A program made the position numbers and the translations under genes. The notes below the pieces were generated by a model, which made no database searches, was not told where the DNA came from, and saw only the letters and a list, made by a program, of their open reading frames with translations. Below are positions 63,107-64,000 of a DNA stretch of 64,000 nt, piece by piece (position 1 is the first letter of the stretch; each line of letters starts with the position of its first letter). Origin of the DNA: Myxococcota bacterium (GTDB taxonomy: Bacteria > Myxococcota_A > UBA9160 > UBA6930); NCBI GenBank assembly GCA_030065975.1, contig JASJCN010000001.1, positions 4,294-68,293 of the forward strand, written 5' to 3'.

Positions 63107-64000
63107 ATGGGCGACACGGTCCGCTTCGGAATCATCGGCACCGGCATGATGGGCCAGGAGCACCTGCGCATGATCAAGCTGCTGCCGGGCGCCGAGCTCA
63201 CCGCCTTCGCGGATCCCGACTCGGGCTCGCGCTTCTGGGCCCGCTCCGTATCGGACGACTCGGTGCAGGAGTACTCGGACACGGCAGAGCTGCTGAAGAA
63301 GGCTCCGGTGGACGCGCTCGTGATCGCGTCGCCCAACCACACCCACGAGGAGGTGCTCGAGCCGGTGTTCGAGAGCGGGATCCCGGTGTTGTGCGAGAAG
63401 CCGCTGTGCACGACGGTCGAGGCCTCGAAGCGCGTGGTCGAGCGGGCGGAGAAGCATCCCGGCCTCTTCTGGGTGGGCATGGAGTACCGCTACATGCCGC
63501 CGCTGCAGCGCATGCTGCAGGAGCTGCGCGCGGGCACCATCGGCTCGCTCCGCATGCTGGCCCTGCGCGAGCACCGCTTCCCCTTCCTGCCCAAAGTGGG
63601 CAACTGGAACCGCTTCAACCGGAACACCGGAGGCACCCTGGTCGAGAAGTGCTGTCACTTCTTCGACCTGATGCGGCTCATCACCGAGGACGAGGCGGTG
63701 CGCGTGTACGCCTCGGGCGCGCAGGACGTGAACCACCTCGACGAGGAGTACGACGGCGAGACGCCGGACATCCTCGACAACGCCTACGTGATCGTCGACT
63801 TCGCGAGCGGCAAGCGCGCCCTCCTCGACCTGTGCATGTTCGCCGAGGCGTCGCGAAACCACGAGGAGATCGCAGCGGTCGGTGACGCCGGCAAGCTCGA
63901 GTGCTTCGTCCCGAACTCGACGGTCTTGATCGGCCGGCGCAATCCGCACTCGGTGGAGGAGGTCGAGGTCCCCGTCGAGGAGGCGGTGATGAAGGCCGGC
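63107..64000 (+). CDS. Gfo/Idh/MocA family oxidoreductase; 3' end beyond the window
   Basis: Hand translation; open at the window edge, so not in the track. GGAAGGAGG RBS. MGDTVRFGIIGTGMMGQEHLRMI, VLCEKPL, and open reading to position 64000. Confidence 0.85.
   Translation, partial: MGDTVRFGIIGTGMMGQEHLRMIKLLPGAELTAFADPDSGSRFWARSVSDDSVQEYSDTAELLKKAPVDALVIASPNHTHEEVLEPVFESGIPVLCEKPLCTTVEASKRVVERAEKHPGLFWVGMEYRYMPPLQRMLQELRAGTIGSLRMLALREHRFPFLPKVGNWNRFNRNTGGTLVEKCCHFFDLMRLITEDEAVRVYASGAQDVNHLDEEYDGETPDILDNAYVIVDFASGKRALLDLCMFAEASRNHEEIAAVGDAGKLECFVPNSTVLIGRRNPHSVEEVEVPVEEAVMKAG

Overview
High-GC (roughly 70% by eye) bacterial chromosomal segment. The gene content is of the diderm type: LpxD-, LpxO- and ArnT-like enzymes, a BON lipoprotein, YceI, an RND/MMPL exporter and PEP-CTERM-like sorting signals. 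I support about 60 protein-coding genes and found no rRNA, tRNA, CRISPR array, transposase or integrase.

Many long entries in the ORF track are Arg/Pro/Gly-rich shadow frames typical of GC-rich DNA. Most real genes start well inside the listed ORFs, often at GTG or TTG with 1-8 nt start/stop overlaps. Two edge genes (1..1587 minus, 63107..64000 plus) are missing from the track because they are open at the window edge, so I translated them by hand.

Content is dominated by envelope and lipid functions:
- A KAS III / ACP / LpxD-like / radical-SAM cluster (4.8-14 kb).
- A secreted metzincin with six tandem domain repeats.
- Cation/proton antiporters, LemA-DUF2207, amt and two hsp20 genes.
- A hydroxylase-sulfotransferase-glycosyltransferase group, and an MMPL/RND-YceI-P450 group.
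- An ArnT-like / alpha-oxoamine-synthase / LpxO-like / fhs operon with a divergent PAP2.
- A TetR-Rieske-amidohydrolase-acetoacetate-decarboxylase operon.

Most interesting observations:
1. 54.1-58.5 kb holds four paralogous copies of an unrecognised ~230-aa secreted domain, each ending in an xEP-TM-Arg (PEP-CTERM-like) sorting signal. Two of the copies are fused in one ORF.
2. Within that locus, a ~1,040-bp tandem duplication has non-functional flanks that are ~98% identical, while the coding core has diverged to ~73% amino-acid identity.
3. A lower-GC islet at ~42.95-44.4 kb carries small orphan ORFs and a decayed paralog fragment.
4. There are several unexplained palindromic or operator-like elements.

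All functional calls rest on motif recognition from memory. No database search was possible.
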